Notes: generated by a model from the letters alone, not told the origin. Positions 20,873-32,930 are shown, numbered from the stretch's first letter. The stretch: DNA of 64,000 nt from an uncultured cyanobacterium (GCA_963793425.1 CAWCAG010000009.1:192001-256000); one strand, 5' to 3'. Numbers and translations: made by a program.

Positions 20873-20932
20873 GGGCTTAACAGCTTATACCCGACTAATA
20901 TATAAAGAATAAATCCCTGTTAATCTAACCAA

Positions 20933-23758
20933 GTGGTCAAAGATGTCTCAAAACCGAATAACTCTCACCCAGTAGATTTAAAGTCTGGGGCTTCTTCTCC
21001 TTTAGCTAGTTTGGCCACAGGAATTCCTGGAAAAATTCCTCTGCGAGTAGTTTTAATCGTACCTTTTGTCGTACAAATTTTTGCGGCGGTGGCCTTAACT
21101 GGTTACTTATCTTTCCGTAACGGACAGCAAGCAGTAGAAGACTTAGCCAACCAGCTTAGCGGAGAAATTACCAATCGTATCTCTGAGGGTTTGGATAGTT
21201 ATTTACAAACCCCCCACCTTATCAATGAAATTAATGCCCAAAGCACAGAAATTGGTCAATTGAAACTTCAGGAATTCAGTGGTTTGGAACAGCATTTCTT
21301 AAACCAAATGAAGTTATTCGACTCAGCGACTTATATTTATTTAGGTATTCCCAACGGAAACTTTGTAGGAACGGGTAGGGGAAAAGATAATAACCTGGAG
21401 ATTGGTATTAGTGGCGACAATACTAATAATAACTTCAACACCTATGCTACCAACGATAAAGGCAATCCCACTAAACTACTTTCTTCGGTTCCGGAATATA
21501 ATTTGCTTATTCGCCCTTGGTACTTAGAGGCAACTAGCAAAAAGAAACCTGCTTGGGGAGATATCTATCTTTGGACTGCCCCCTATCCTAACTTAGCTTT
21601 ACCTGCTGTCAGACCTCTCTACAACGAACCAGGAGAACTGTTAGGGGTTTTTGCTGTGGATTTATCCCTATTGGATATTAGCGATTTCCTACAGACTTTA
21701 GAGGTGGGAAGGACAGGAGAAACTTTTATCATTGAACGGAATGGCTTATTAGTTGCTAGTTCCACCTCAGAAAAACCTTACTTAACCAAAGCAGCCCAAC
21801 CCCAACGCCTAGCTGCAAATAAAAGTCAAGAACCTCTAATTAAAGCCACCACAGCTTATTTACAACAAAAATACAATAACCTCACCCAAATTGACTCCCT
21901 AGAACAATTTGACTTCAGAATCGCTGGCAACCGCCATATCGTCCAAGTTACCCCTTTCCAAGATGAGTTTGGTTTGGACTGGTTAATTGTGGTGGTAATT
22001 CCTGAAGCTGATTTTATGGCCCAAATCAATGCCAATACCCGCAATACCATCATCCTTTGCCTTAGCGCATTAGGAATCGCAACCTTACTAGGCATCCTAA
22101 CCTCCCGTTGGATTACCAAACCAATTTTGCGCTTAGTCGAAGCTAGCCGTCAAATTTCCCAAGGACAACTAGGACAAACGATTTCTGTCGGAAGCTTCAA
22201 TGAATTACAAATACTTGCCCGTTCCTTCAACCAAATGGCGGCCCAATTACGGGCATCTTTCACAACTTTAGAGCAGAACAACGAAGAATTAGAAAAGCGA
22301 GTTGAAAGGCGTACTTCAGCTTTGCGTCAATCAGAAGAAAAGTTTTCTTTGGCTTTCCATTCTAGTCCTGACTTAATCGCCATCACAACCCTTGATGAAG
22401 GACGTTTTAGGGATGTGAATGAAAGCTTTTTAGTGATTACTGGTTATACTCTTGAAGAAATTATTGGTAAAACCACCACAGAATTAAACAATTGGGTTCA
22501 GGATAGGGATCGTTATAAAGTTAGCCTGTTATTAAGGAAAAAAGGAAGTGTCCGCAACCAAGAAATTGGTTTTTATACCAAATCAGGGAAAGTAAGAACC
22601 GGACTTTTATCAGCCAGAATTATTAACTTAGAGGGGCAAGAATGTTTACTATCTGTAATCAACGACATTACAGAACGTAAACGAGTCCAAGAAGCCTTGC
22701 GGGAAAAAGAAGAATATTTACGCTTAATTCTTGATAATATTCCTCAGCAAGTATTTTGGAAAGATACTAATTTAGTCTTTCAAGGTTGCAATAAAAACTG
22801 GGCGCGGGCAACAGAAGTTGAAGATCCAGAACTAATTATTGGTAAAACCGACTATGACTTGTTACCCAGTCGCCAACAAGCAGAACTTTATCGTACCCAA
22901 GACCAACGCATCATTAAAACAGATACCCCAGAATTACATATCATCGAATTAAAACAAAAACCGGCCCCCAATGGTCAACCAATCTGGCTGGATCTTAACA
23001 AGTTTCCTATTCATGATGCCAAAGGCAAAGTTGTGGGAATTTTAGGGGTATCAGAAGATATTACTCAACGCAGACTAGCAGAAGAAGCCCTACGCATAGA
23101 ACAAGAAAAATCTGAACGTTTGTTACGCAACATTTTACCTGCGGCGATCGCCGAACGCCTAAAACAAGAAACTAATCCCATTGCTGAACAGTTTGAAGAA
23201 GCGACTATCCTCTTTGCTGATATTGTCGGTTTTACTCCCCTTTCCGCTTCTATTTCTCCGACGGAATTAGTTAGTTTACTCAATCACATCTTCTCTTTAT
23301 TTGACCAACTAGCAGAAAAACATTGCTTAGAAAAAATCAAAACTATTGGCGATGCCTACATGGTAGCTGGGGGATTACCCATGCCCATGGAAAATCATAC
23401 CGAAGCGATCGCAGAGATGGCTTTGGATATGCAGCAAGCAGTAGCTGATTTCCAAGACAATCTTTATTTGATATTTCCCCAAAAATCCCTAGCCAATTTA
23501 CAAATTCGTATCGGCATCAATACCGGACCAGTAGTAGCAGGAGTAATTGGTACAACGAAATTTATCTACGATCTCTGGGGAGATCCTGTCAACATCGCTT
23601 CCCGCATGGAGTCTTCAGGATTGCCCGGTAAGATTCAAGTTACGGCCCAGACTTATGAAAAGTTAAAGAGTCGCTATGTGTTGGAAAAACGAGGGGTTAT
23701 TGAAGTTAAAGGTAAGGGGGAAATGACTACTTATTGGTTGATGGGGCTAGGAAGCTAG
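20933..23758 (+). CDS. Class III adenylate/guanylate cyclase with Cache, HAMP and two PAS domains
   Basis: ILFADIVGFT, KIKTIGDAYM, RIGINTGPV, YDLWGDPVNIASRMES. Confidence 0.92.
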   Translation: MVKDVSKPNNSHPVDLKSGASSPLASLATGIPGKIPLRVVLIVPFVVQIFAAVALTGYLSFRNGQQAVEDLANQLSGEITNRISEGLDSYLQTPHLINEINAQSTEIGQLKLQEFSGLEQHFLNQMKLFDSATYIYLGIPNGNFVGTGRGKDNNLEIGISGDNTNNNFNTYATNDKGNPTKLLSSVPEYNLLIRPWYLEATSKKKPAWGDIYLWTAPYPNLALPAVRPLYNEPGELLGVFAVDLSLLDISDFLQTLEVGRTGETFIIERNGLLVASSTSEKPYLTKAAQPQRLAANKSQEPLIKATTAYLQQKYNNLTQIDSLEQFDFRIAGNRHIVQVTPFQDEFGLDWLIVVVIPEADFMAQINANTRNTIILCLSALGIATLLGILTSRWITKPILRLVEASRQISQGQLGQTISVGSFNELQILARSFNQMAAQLRASFTTLEQNNEELEKRVERRTSALRQSEEKFSLAFHSSPDLIAITTLDEGRFRDVNESFLVITGYTLEEIIGKTTTELNNWVQDRDRYKVSLLLRKKGSVRNQEIGFYTKSGKVRTGLLSARIINLEGQECLLSVINDITERKRVQEALREKEEYLRLILDNIPQQVFWKDTNLVFQGCNKNWARATEVEDPELIIGKTDYDLLPSRQQAELYRTQDQRIIKTDTPELHIIELKQKPAPNGQPIWLDLNKFPIHDAKGKVVGILGVSEDITQRRLAEEALRIEQEKSERLLRNILPAAIAERLKQETNPIAEQFEEATILFADIVGFTPLSASISPTELVSLLNHIFSLFDQLAEKHCLEKIKTIGDAYMVAGGLPMPMENHTEAIAEMALDMQQAVADFQDNLYLIFPQKSLANLQIRIGINTGPVVAGVIGTTKFIYDLWGDPVNIASRMESSGLPGKIQVTAQTYEKLKSRYVLEKRGVIEVKGKGEMTTYWLMGLGS

Positions 23759-23866
23759 GGAGCTGGGGAGCTAGGGAATCCATGTTTCTACTAGCTACTA
23801 GCTATTAGCAAAAACCAGAATCTATGCGGCATCTCACGTTTACTCTTGATATTGCTATATTCCCAA

Positions 23867-24856
23867 TCAACCACCAATTTGTGACATGGTACGACTGTAC
23901 ATTCCTGTAGTTGTCCCAGAATCTCTTTCTTTAAAATTGATTTCTGGTTTAATTAACAAAATATCGCGAACCTTCTCCCTAATTATCTTAGTATCCATGC
24001 CGCTACGTAAGGCATTTTTAAGATCGATTTGCCCTGTTTCATTAAGCAAACAGGGACGTAACCAGCCGTCGGCAGAAAGGCGCATTCGGTTACAGCGATC
24101 GCAGAAACATTCTGACATTTGCGAAATAAAACCTAATGTTCCTTTCGCGTTAGGAATTTGAAATACATCCGCAGGGCCATTACCTCGGATTTGAGATTCT
24201 GCAAGTCCCCAACGGGAGCGAATTTTCTGCCTGATTTCTTCTGAGGGAACCCAGGCGCGATCGCTAAATAATTCCCCGTTACCGATGGGCATAAATTCAA
24301 TGAAACGAACGTGCCAATTACGGTTAATGGTTAGTTGGGCCAAATCTAAAACCTCTTGTTCATTCACCCCCGGAATCACCACCACATTTAATTTTAAGGG
24401 GTTGAACCCCACCTCATAAGCGGCTTGAATCCCCTCCCAAGTTTGTTGCCAACGGCTTCTACCGCGATTACCGATGATTTTGTCAAAAGTTTCTGAATTA
24501 AGGGAGTCTAGGCTAATATTAATACGTCGCAAACCAGCATTGTAGAGGTCTTGGGCTAAATCCTTTAGTAAGAAAGCGTTGGTTGTCATAGCTAGATCCT
24601 GGGTTTCTGGTAAGGAAGCAATTTCCCTTACTAAATCTACTACCCCAGGGCGTAATAAAGGTTCGCCCCCAGTTAAACGGAATTTGCGGAAACCGACGGG
24701 AATAAAGACTTCTTTAAGTAAGGTGATTAGTTCTTGGGAGGTAAGTAATTCTTGTTTAAGTACATAATCTAGTTCTTCCCCTTCCGGCATACAGTACTGA
24801 CAACGGAAGTTACAACGATCTATTAAGCTGATGCGTAGATAATCTACTTGATTCAT
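23867..24856 (-). CDS. moaA: GTP 3',8-cyclase (radical SAM)
   Basis: [18 protein letters not shown]...PCL, C-terminal MSQIGG. Confidence 0.96.
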   Translation of the reverse strand: MNQVDYLRISLIDRCNFRCQYCMPEGEELDYVLKQELLTSQELITLLKEVFIPVGFRKFRLTGGEPLLRPGVVDLVREIASLPETQDLAMTTNAFLLKDLAQDLYNAGLRRINISLDSLNSETFDKIIGNRGRSRWQQTWEGIQAAYEVGFNPLKLNVVVIPGVNEQEVLDLAQLTINRNWHVRFIEFMPIGNGELFSDRAWVPSEEIRQKIRSRWGLAESQIRGNGPADVFQIPNAKGTLGFISQMSECFCDRCNRMRLSADGWLRPCLLNETGQIDLKNALRSGMDTKIIREKVRDILLIKPEINFKERDSGTTTGMYSRTMSQIGG

Positions 24857-25018
24857 TAAAATTTAGGGTTAAATTGTATTTTTATACTTATAAGAATGCT
24901 AACGCAGATAAATAAGCTGGTATTGCTCAAAAGTAAGGAGTGCGAGGGCTAATTAACTTAATCTTAAAAGTACCAACGTGATAGCAAAACAGAATACTTT
25001 ATCAAGGGAGAGAAGAAT

Positions 25019-25450
25019 ATGTCTGAATTGAGTGTTGTTAAAGGTAGCTGCTTATGTAGTGCGGTGAAAATTTCTACAGCTAGTATCAATCCTCACGTAT
25101 CAGCCTGTCATTGTAATATTTGTCGCAAATGGGGCGGGGCAGCTTTACTAGGAGTTGAATGTAACGAGGGGGTTAGTTTTGAGGGAGAAGAAAATATTGG
25201 GGTTTACGAATCTTCAGAATGGGCAGAACGTGGATTTTGTCAAAAGTGTGGTAGTCATCTATTTTATAGATTAAAAGAAAACAATCATTACTTTGTACCA
25301 GTAGGTATTTTTGATAATAGCGAAAATCTTGTCTTCAACCTTCAAGTTTTTATTGAAGAGAAACCTGACTATTACTCTTTTGCCAATGAAACTAAGAATA
25401 TGACAGGGGAAGAGGTTTTTGCTATGTTTGCATCTCTTTTTGAAAAGTAG
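25019..25450 (+). CDS. GFA (glutathione-dependent formaldehyde-activating enzyme) family protein
   Basis: GSCLC, CHCNICRK, RGFCQKCGS. Confidence 0.9.
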   Translation: MSELSVVKGSCLCSAVKISTASINPHVSACHCNICRKWGGAALLGVECNEGVSFEGEENIGVYESSEWAERGFCQKCGSHLFYRLKENNHYFVPVGIFDNSENLVFNLQVFIEEKPDYYSFANETKNMTGEEVFAMFASLFEK

Positions 25451-25526
25451 TTTTCTAGTTGTAGCGTCTGCGTGCCTGAGAAGCCGGCTATAAGCATCGC
25501 AATTTAATAGCGCGATCGCAGATCCC

Positions 25527-25588
25527 GTAGGGGGGCAATTTTCTCCGATTAGTTTAATCACAAATAGATTATTTTTTGCCCACCCTAC
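25527..25588. repeat. GTAG-type REP-like palindromic element
   Basis: GTAGGGGGGCAA ... TTGCCCACCCTAC imperfect inverted repeat. Confidence 0.5.
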
Positions 25589-25668
25589 TTTAAAATTTAC
25601 TGTTGAGAGACGGGAATAAAGCTTAGTGTATTTGATGATTTTGGCACAGTAAGGTTACTTTATCGTTC

Positions 25669-25836
25669 ATTTGACTTACTCTGCCATTAATTTGACTTAC
25701 TGTGCGACATATTTCACTTACGGAATGATTTATTTGGCTTACTCTGCCATTTATTTGACTTACTTTACAATTCCTCGAACTTACTGTGTCATATATTTAG
25801 CTTACGGAATGATTTATTTAGCTTGCAGTATAATTT
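25669..25836. repeat. Degenerate 21-bp tandem array, 8 units
   Basis: Conserved 11-bp ATTTRRCTTAC-like core plus 10 variable bp at exact 21-bp spacing. Confidence 0.85.
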
Positions 25837-25923
25837 TGGAATGGGAAAATGCGATTGCCTACGCACTCTTGTAAAAAGAGTCCTGTAAAATAAAACCATG
25901 TTTATCTGGCGGAGATTAGGAAA

Positions 25924-26283
25924 GTGAGTGCTACGAAAGAGAAAATCGTTGAAAAGCTTGACATTTTGCCAGAATCATTAGTCCAAGAAATTCTCATCTT
26001 TGTAGAGTTTCTCTGTTGGCAAACTGATCATCCTCAACTAAAAAGTTTGCTCATTGAACAACTACTTAATCCTAATGTTAATGGTGCTGAGTTCAAAACT
26101 TCAGAAAATAGGCAACCTTCTAAGCAAGAAGAAGTAGATCCTATTTCTCCTTTACTAGGTACTTTACACTCAGAAATTACCGATATTGGCGAAAATCATG
26201 ACCAATATTTAAGCATTGATACCCACCATCAATTGACCAGAGAATCCCTGAGTAATGGTGGGCAAGTATCTCAAATAAATTGA
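25924..26283 (+). CDS. Hypothetical protein, DUF2281/antitoxin-like
   Basis: LDILPESLVQEILIFVEFL N-terminus; DIGENHDQYL C-terminal motif. Confidence 0.45.
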   Translation: MSATKEKIVEKLDILPESLVQEILIFVEFLCWQTDHPQLKSLLIEQLLNPNVNGAEFKTSENRQPSKQEEVDPISPLLGTLHSEITDIGENHDQYLSIDTHHQLTRESLSNGGQVSQIN

Positions 26284-26296
26284 GTTAGCAAATAGA

Positions 26297-27181
26297 CTAT
26301 TTTTTGGCCACCCGACTAGGGCTAGGGTTAGGACTCCCATCAGGCAATAAATAGCCTAAATCTTGTAAAAAAGCTCGCAGTGCTGTAGGAAAATCTGTAT
26401 AGGTTCCAATCACATCACCTTGATCATTAGAAATCTCCAGTCCCCAATCAGAATCACGGTCATAATTAGCTAACATAAACTCCCAACCTTCCTCAAACTC
26501 CCCTAACAAAATCTTTTGGGCTACATAGCTGGCGAGGACATTATTAACTCCGTAACCTTGGGATTGCCATTCCCGAATAGCCAGATACATCTGCCAAGCG
26601 TGTCCTTCCATCTCCTGGGGAAACTGCTGGGTTGTATCCACAAACCGACCATTTTCCAGGGATAAAATCATCAAAGGGGGAAAGGAAGTAACATAAGGGC
26701 CAAAAGCATAGAAAAAGGCATTATCGAAACTGGAGAACTCTTGAGTACCATTACCATCAAGATCCTCAAAACGTCCCGCCCCACCATCAAGATAGCCTGT
26801 AGTTGCCTTAGCAAAGCCATCCCCTTGCCAAGTATAAACTGAAAAAGTAGTACAACAATGAGCGCCTCCAGAATAGGTACTGATAATTACCTCATTGGTT
26901 CCATCGTTGTTGATATCATCGAGTTTAACAGCACTGTTTGTAGTAGTTTCTTCAGAAGTATCTACATAAAGAGTTTCCCCATAAAAGATTTGGTATTTCA
27001 ACGGCGCATCATATCTGTCTTCGATAAGTTCGTAGTTAACGATTACACGCACCGTACCATCGGATAATTCTTCGTTGAGAATAGTTTCGCGGTTAATTTC
27101 CAATTCTGTTGCTGCTAAAGTAGGGCTTGCTAGCAGAGATATTCCGAAAATTAGTCCAGCGAGGGTTTTAATTGATTTCAT
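26297..27181 (-). CDS. Secreted hypothetical protein with DxNxDG calcium-blade-like motifs
   Basis: Signal peptide; DINNDGTNEV, YSGGAHCC, EDLDGNGTQE. Confidence 0.7.
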   Translation of the reverse strand: MKSIKTLAGLIFGISLLASPTLAATELEINRETILNEELSDGTVRVIVNYELIEDRYDAPLKYQIFYGETLYVDTSEETTTNSAVKLDDINNDGTNEVIISTYSGGAHCCTTFSVYTWQGDGFAKATTGYLDGGAGRFEDLDGNGTQEFSSFDNAFFYAFGPYVTSFPPLMILSLENGRFVDTTQQFPQEMEGHAWQMYLAIREWQSQGYGVNNVLASYVAQKILLGEFEEGWEFMLANYDRDSDWGLEISNDQGDVIGTYTDFPTALRAFLQDLGYLLPDGSPNPSPSRVAKK

Positions 27182-27351
27182 TTTGACAAGATCAGGTAAT
27201 TTAGCTTAATTTATTATTCACTTAGCAAACCAGGATTTCCCGAAGCTGCATTACAGGATTAAATTTTTTTTCTCAAAAGTTTTGTTAAAACATAATAATG
27301 AGCGGATTAATTTACCCTCTGAACTACCACCTAACTTAGAACCAAGTCTAT

Positions 27352-30290
27352 ATGCTTAATTTGGATGCTACACTTCTGCTTAGTTCCCCACAAAAGCCAA
27401 TGCCATTAGAAGAAATCACGGCAACAGAAGCATTTGCCCAAAGGCATATAGGCCCAATTCTCAAGAAGTGGCAAAAATGCTAGAATATCTTGGCTTTTCT
27501 AGTTTAGATAAATTAATAGACCAAGCCGTACCTAGTACTATTCGCCTCAAACAACTTTTAAGTTTACCCCAGGCAAAAAGTGAATATGAAGCCCTTTCTC
27601 AATTAAAAGAAATAGCGGCCAAAAATCAGGTTTTACGTTCCTTTTTAGGTATGGGTTATCACGACTGCATCACCCCGCCAGTTATTCAACGCAACATTTT
27701 AGAAAATCCTGGTTGGTATACAGCTTATACTCCCTATCAAGCAGAAATTGCCCAAGGGAGATTAGAGGCACTGCTTAACTTTCAAACCGCCATTATTGAG
27801 TTAACGGGTTTAGATATTGCTAACGCTTCCTTACTTGATGAAGCAACTGCTGCTGCCGAAGCGATGGCCATGAGTTATGGTTTGTGCAAAACTAAGGCGC
27901 AAAGCTTTTTTGTTTCCAGTTTCTGTCATCCCCAAACTATTGAAGTTGTGCAAACCCGCGCTTTACCTTTAGGGATTGAGGTAGTTGTGGACGATCATCG
28001 CTTCTTCAACTTCGATGTTCCCATCTTTGGAGCATTGCTGCAATATCCTGCCACCGATGGGGCGATTTATAATTACCGGGAATTTATTGATCATGCCCAT
28101 GCCGCTAAAGCTTTAGTTACCATCGCCGCAGATCCTTTAAGCCTGGCTTTATTAACTCCTCCTGGGGAATTGGGGGCAGATATTGCGGTAGGTAGTACCC
28201 AACGTTTTGGAGTTCCCCTGGGTTATGGTGGGCCTCATGCAGCCTACTTTGCTACAAGGGAGAAATTTAAACGCCAAGTACCAGGGAGAATTGTCGGGGT
28301 TTCTCAAGATAGCCAGGGGAAACCTGCTTTACGTTTGGCTTTGCAAACCCGTGAACAACATATCCGTCGGGATAAAGCTACTAGTAATATTTGTACCGCC
28401 CAGGTTTTATTGGCGGTGATTGCTTCAATGTATGCAGTGTATCATGGGGCAGAAGGGATTAAACGCATTGCTACTAAGGTGCATCGCTTAGCTGTCGTTT
28501 TGGCAGCAGGTCTGAAAAGATTGGGTTATAGTATCAACGATGAACCCTTCTTTGATACTGTGCGCATCGGTGTGGGAGAAAGTAGTGCCTCTGTGGTAGT
28601 TGATGTGGCGAGGAAAGCAGGTTTTAATTTGCGACTTTTGGATGGGGGGGCAGTGGGTATTGCTTTAGATGAAACCACTACCCTAGAAGAGTTGGTGAAA
28701 TTGTGGCAGATTTTTTCTATTCGGGAAGAGTTACCTTTCACCCTAGAGGAATTAGTTACAGAAACTTTAAGCAAAACCGGTGGTTATCTACCTCCCTATT
28801 GCCTCCGTAGCAGTAGCTATTTAACCAACCCTGTCTTTAATAGCTACCATTCCGAAACTGAATTACTCCGCTATCTCCACCAGCTAGAAACAAAGGATCT
28901 TTCCCTCACCACCTCCATGATTCCTTTGGGTTCCTGTACCATGAAACTCAATGCTACCGCAGAGATGCTTCCAGTCACTTGGACTGAGTTTGGTAAAATC
29001 CATCCCTTTGCCCCCCTCTCCCAAACCCAAGGTTATCAAGAATTGTTCCAACAATTAGCAGCCTGGTTAAGCGAAATAACTGGCTTTGCTGCAACCTCCT
29101 TACAACCAAATGCAGGTTCCCAAGGAGAATATGCCGGATTGCAAGTCATTCGCCAATATCATCAACAAAGGGGAGAAGGACATCGCCAGATTTGCTTAAT
29201 TCCTGAATCTGCCCATGGTACAAACCCTGCAAGTGCAGTCATGTGTGGGTTGAAGGTGGTGGCAGTTAAATGTGATAGTGAAGGAAATATTGCGATCGCC
29301 GATTTACAAGCCAAAGCAGAAAAGCATCAAGCTAACCTCGCTGCATTAATGATTACCTATCCTTCTACCCATGGTGTTTTTGAAGCAGGAATTAAAGAAA
29401 TTTGCGCCATTGTTCACAACTATGGGGGGCAGGTTTATTTAGATGGGGCTAATATGAATGCCCAAGTAGGGTTATGTCGCCCAGGAGATATGGGGGCTGA
29501 TGTTTGTCACCTCAACTTACATAAAACTTTCTGCATTCCCCACGGTGGAGGTGGCCCAGGTATGGGACCGATTGGGGTTGCAAGTCATTTAGTTCCCTTT
29601 TTACCAGGTCACTGCGTAGTTAATATAACCGATGATCAAGAAGCATTAGGAGCTATTTCCGCCGCACCCTGGGGGAGTGCCAGTATCTTACCCATTTCCT
29701 GGATGTATATTGCCATGATGGGGGCAGAAGGGTTAACAGAAGCCACAAAAATAGCCATATTAAACGCCAATTATATGGCTCGTCGCCTTGATGAACATTA
29801 CCCAGTGTTATTTAAAGGAGAATCTGGTTTAGTGGCCCATGAATGTATTGTGGATTTACGACCAGTGAAAAAGCAGGCGGGAATTCAGGTTGATGATGTG
29901 GCTAAGCGGTTAATGGATTATGGTTTCCATGCCCCGACAGTTTCTTGGCCTGTAACGGGAACAATGATGATTGAACCAACGGAAAGCGAAAGTTTGCCAG
30001 AATTAGATCGTTTCTGTGAAGCGGCGATCGCCATTCGCCAAGAAATAGCCGCTATTGAAGCAGGCAAAGCAGATCCTGAAGATAATCTGCTTAAAAATGC
30101 CCCCCATACCGCAGAAGTATTATTAACCGGAGAATGGCAACATCCCTATTCCCGCGAAGAAGCAGCCTATCCTGCTTCCTGGCTGAGAGAACATAAATTT
30201 TGGCCCAGTGTGAGTCGGATTGATAATGCCTTCGGCGATCGCAATTTAGTGTGTTCCTGTGCAGGAATGGAGGCTTATACTGCTTCCTAA
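27352..30290 (+). CDS. gcvP: Glycine dehydrogenase P protein; apparent 1-bp frameshift near 27455
   Basis: [31 protein letters not shown]; the conserved N-terminal FAQRHIGP lies in another frame from the ATG at 27352. Confidence 0.95.
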
Positions 30291-30374
30291 AGTTGGTTAA
30301 ACGGCAATTAGGAGCTAGGGAGCTGGGGAACTGGGGAGCTAGACTGATCATTGGCTTGCCGTTGCCGTTAGGCA

Positions 30375-30785
30375 TCATTGATTATTGACTTGCTTAACTG
30401 CGATCGCTAACTTAACTCCCTCAACTTGCCTGATACGATCCATCACTGCCACAACATCACCGTGATAAGCTTTCTCATCAGCATTAACTAATACCAAAGA
30501 TTCAACTCCTGGCTCTACTAACTTACTTAATTCTGTCTGAATTTGTTCTAGGTTAACTGGCTGACGATTAATAGCAACAGTTCTTTCTTTAGTGACAGTA
30601 ACATCAATTGTCTTAGTCTGTTGAGTTTGAGCCGTTCCTGCTTCTGGTAAATTAACTGGCAGTACCTCAGAACGAGTTAAATAAAGAGTAGAAAGAATCA
30701 CGAAAGCAAGAATCACAAAAATAACATCAATAGCAGGCAAGATGTTAATTGAGAAGGGTTGTTCTGGCTCTTCTGGTAGTTGCAT
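30375..30785 (-). CDS. exbD: Biopolymer transporter ExbD/TolR
   Basis: INILPAIDVIFVIL, VNLPEA, NADEKAYHGDVVAVMD. Confidence 0.88.
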   Translation of the reverse strand: MQLPEEPEQPFSINILPAIDVIFVILAFVILSTLYLTRSEVLPVNLPEAGTAQTQQTKTIDVTVTKERTVAINRQPVNLEQIQTELSKLVEPGVESLVLVNADEKAYHGDVVAVMDRIRQVEGVKLAIAVKQVNNQ

Positions 30786-30827
30786 AGCTGTTGGGAGTTG
30801 GGGAGTTGGGGAAAAAAGTAATATCTG

Positions 30828-30871
30828 ATATTAAATCCGGTTTGTGAAGTACCTTGATAAAATTGACGAAT
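30828..30871. repeat. About 45-bp dispersed repeat; inverted copy at 54295-54339
   Basis: ATATTAAATCCGGTTTGTGAAGTACCTTGATAAAATTGACGAAT vs reverse complement ATACCAAATCCGGTTCATAAAGTACCTTGATAAAATCGACCGAAT. Confidence 0.6.
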
Positions 30872-30988
30872 CAAAGTTTGGCGAGGCCCCTACTCTCTGC
30901 CCTAACAGATTATAATAGTTAATCACCGCAATACTAACCGACTTACCGGAAATACTCATTTACCCGCCGATCGCAATTTTTTAACATC

Positions 30989-32890
30989 ATGGTCCAAACA
31001 CCTATTTCTCCTCCCAAAAAGCTTTCCAAATTAGAAGGTATAAAAGAGCGCAGTAACTATTTGCGCGAACCCCTAGCTACAGAAATTGGTGAAGATACGA
31101 CTCACTTTTCTGGCGATGCAGTACAAATCCTAAAATTCCACGGTTCCTACCAACAAGATAACCGGGATAATCGGATTAAGGGGCAAGAAAAAGACTACCA
31201 AATGATGTTGCGTACCCGTAACCCCGGAGGGTATATTGCACCTCAGCTATATCTTACCCTAGAAAAGCTTTCTGAAGAGTTGGGGAACCAAACTTTGAGA
31301 GTTACTACTCGTCAAGGATTTCAAATTCATGGGGTTCTCAAAAAAGACCTCAAAACTGTTATTTCCTCAATTGTCCAAAATATGGGTTCAACTTTGGGGG
31401 CTTGCGGAGATGTTAGCCGTAATGTTATGGCTCCCCCTGCACCTTTTAGGAATAAAGCAGAGTATCAATATGCTTGGGAATACGCTGACAAAATCGCTGA
31501 TTTGCTTACTCCCCAAACTGAAGCTTATTACGAAATTTGGTTAGATGGAGAAAAAGCCCTCAGCGCTGAAGTTGCCCCAGAAGTTACTGCAGCAAGACAA
31601 AATGATCTCAATGGGACAAATTTTCCCGATGCGACCGAACCCATTTACGGCAAGCATTATATGCCCCGGAAATTTAAGTGCTGTGTTACCGTGCCGGGGG
31701 ATAACTCCATTGATATTTATACCCATGATGTTGGGTTAATCGTAATCACCAACGAACAAGGGGAATTAGAGGGTTTCAATGTCCTTGCTGGGGGTGGTAT
31801 GGGGCGCACCCATAACAAAGAAGAAACTTTTGCCCGTTTAGCAGATCCCCTAGGTTATGTTGCTAAAGATGACGTTTTCGCTCTCCTCAAAGCTATTGTC
31901 GCCACTCAAAGAGATTATGGCGATCGCATCCAACGTCGTCATGCAAGAATGAAGTATCTCCTCCAAGACTGGGGGGTAGAAAAGTTCCGCACCACCGTTG
32001 AAGGATTTTTTGGTAAAAAACTGGCTCCTTTTAAATCCTTGCCAGATTTTCAGTATGAAGATTTCCTAGGTTGGCAAGAACAAGGAGATGGCAAACTATT
32101 TTTAGGTATTTCCGTAGAAAATGGCCGAGTAAAAGATGAAGGTAACTTCCAGCTTAAAACTGCCCTGAAAAAGATTATTGAGCAGTATGAGTTACCCATG
32201 CGTTTAACGGCTAACCATAACATCATTTTGTACGAAATCGAACCAGCTTGCCAAGAAAATATTCAACAGATCCTGCAACAACATGGTGTGGTTTCCCCAG
32301 ACAAAATTGATCCCTTAGTGCGTTACTCTATGGCTTGCCCCGCCTTACCAACCTGTGGTTTAGCGATTACAGAGTCTGAACGCGCCCTGCCAAGTATTAT
32401 CCAACGCATCCGTACCCTACTCAACAAACTAGGTATGGAAAAAGAACATTTTGTCATCCGCATGACAGGATGTCCTAATGGTTGCGCCCGCCCTTATATG
32501 GCAGAATTAGGCTTTGTGGGTAGCGCCCCAGAAACCTATCAAATTTGGTTAGGAGGAACCCCTAACCAAACTAAGTTAGCTAGACCATTTGTTGATAAGT
32601 TATCTATAGAGAAGCTAGAAGCCTTCTTAGAGCCACTTTTTGTCTATTTTAAGCAATTCCGCAAACTAGAAGAAAGTTTCGGTGAGTTTTGCAATCGCGT
32701 CGGCTTTGATGCTTTACGAGAGTTTTCTGCAACCTATGATTTGGGTAGTTATCAACCTCCTAAAGCAAGTAAGAAACGCCATCGCATCGGTGTGCCAGAG
32801 TCAATGTACGACAAGCTGAAAGCAACTTCGGTAGCCCAAGGTAAACCCATGAGTCAGATTGTTACTGAAGCATTGGAAGCTTATTTATAA
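30989..32890 (+). CDS. sir: Ferredoxin-dependent sulfite reductase
   Basis: [46 protein letters not shown]. Confidence 0.95.
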   Translation: MVQTPISPPKKLSKLEGIKERSNYLREPLATEIGEDTTHFSGDAVQILKFHGSYQQDNRDNRIKGQEKDYQMMLRTRNPGGYIAPQLYLTLEKLSEELGNQTLRVTTRQGFQIHGVLKKDLKTVISSIVQNMGSTLGACGDVSRNVMAPPAPFRNKAEYQYAWEYADKIADLLTPQTEAYYEIWLDGEKALSAEVAPEVTAARQNDLNGTNFPDATEPIYGKHYMPRKFKCCVTVPGDNSIDIYTHDVGLIVITNEQGELEGFNVLAGGGMGRTHNKEETFARLADPLGYVAKDDVFALLKAIVATQRDYGDRIQRRHARMKYLLQDWGVEKFRTTVEGFFGKKLAPFKSLPDFQYEDFLGWQEQGDGKLFLGISVENGRVKDEGNFQLKTALKKIIEQYELPMRLTANHNIILYEIEPACQENIQQILQQHGVVSPDKIDPLVRYSMACPALPTCGLAITESERALPSIIQRIRTLLNKLGMEKEHFVIRMTGCPNGCARPYMAELGFVGSAPETYQIWLGGTPNQTKLARPFVDKLSIEKLEAFLEPLFVYFKQFRKLEESFGEFCNRVGFDALREFSATYDLGSYQPPKASKKRHRIGVPESMYDKLKATSVAQGKPMSQIVTEALEAYL

Positions 32891-32930
32891 CTTTTGGTTA
32901 CTTGGTTTTTAGTTTATTGCTCTATTACTC

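Noticed and set aside
25669..25836. CRISPR array
   Set aside because: The 11-bp core and 10-bp variable parts are far too short, the variable parts recur, and no cas genes are present.
25671..25874. Plus-strand 67-aa ORF (MTYSAINLTY...)
   Set aside because: By-product of the 21-bp periodicity; TTG start with no SD.
27440..27470. Programmed frameshifting in gcvP, and likewise in comEC, porin and baseplate J
   Set aside because: No consistent slippery heptamer or stimulatory structure; sequencing error is simpler.
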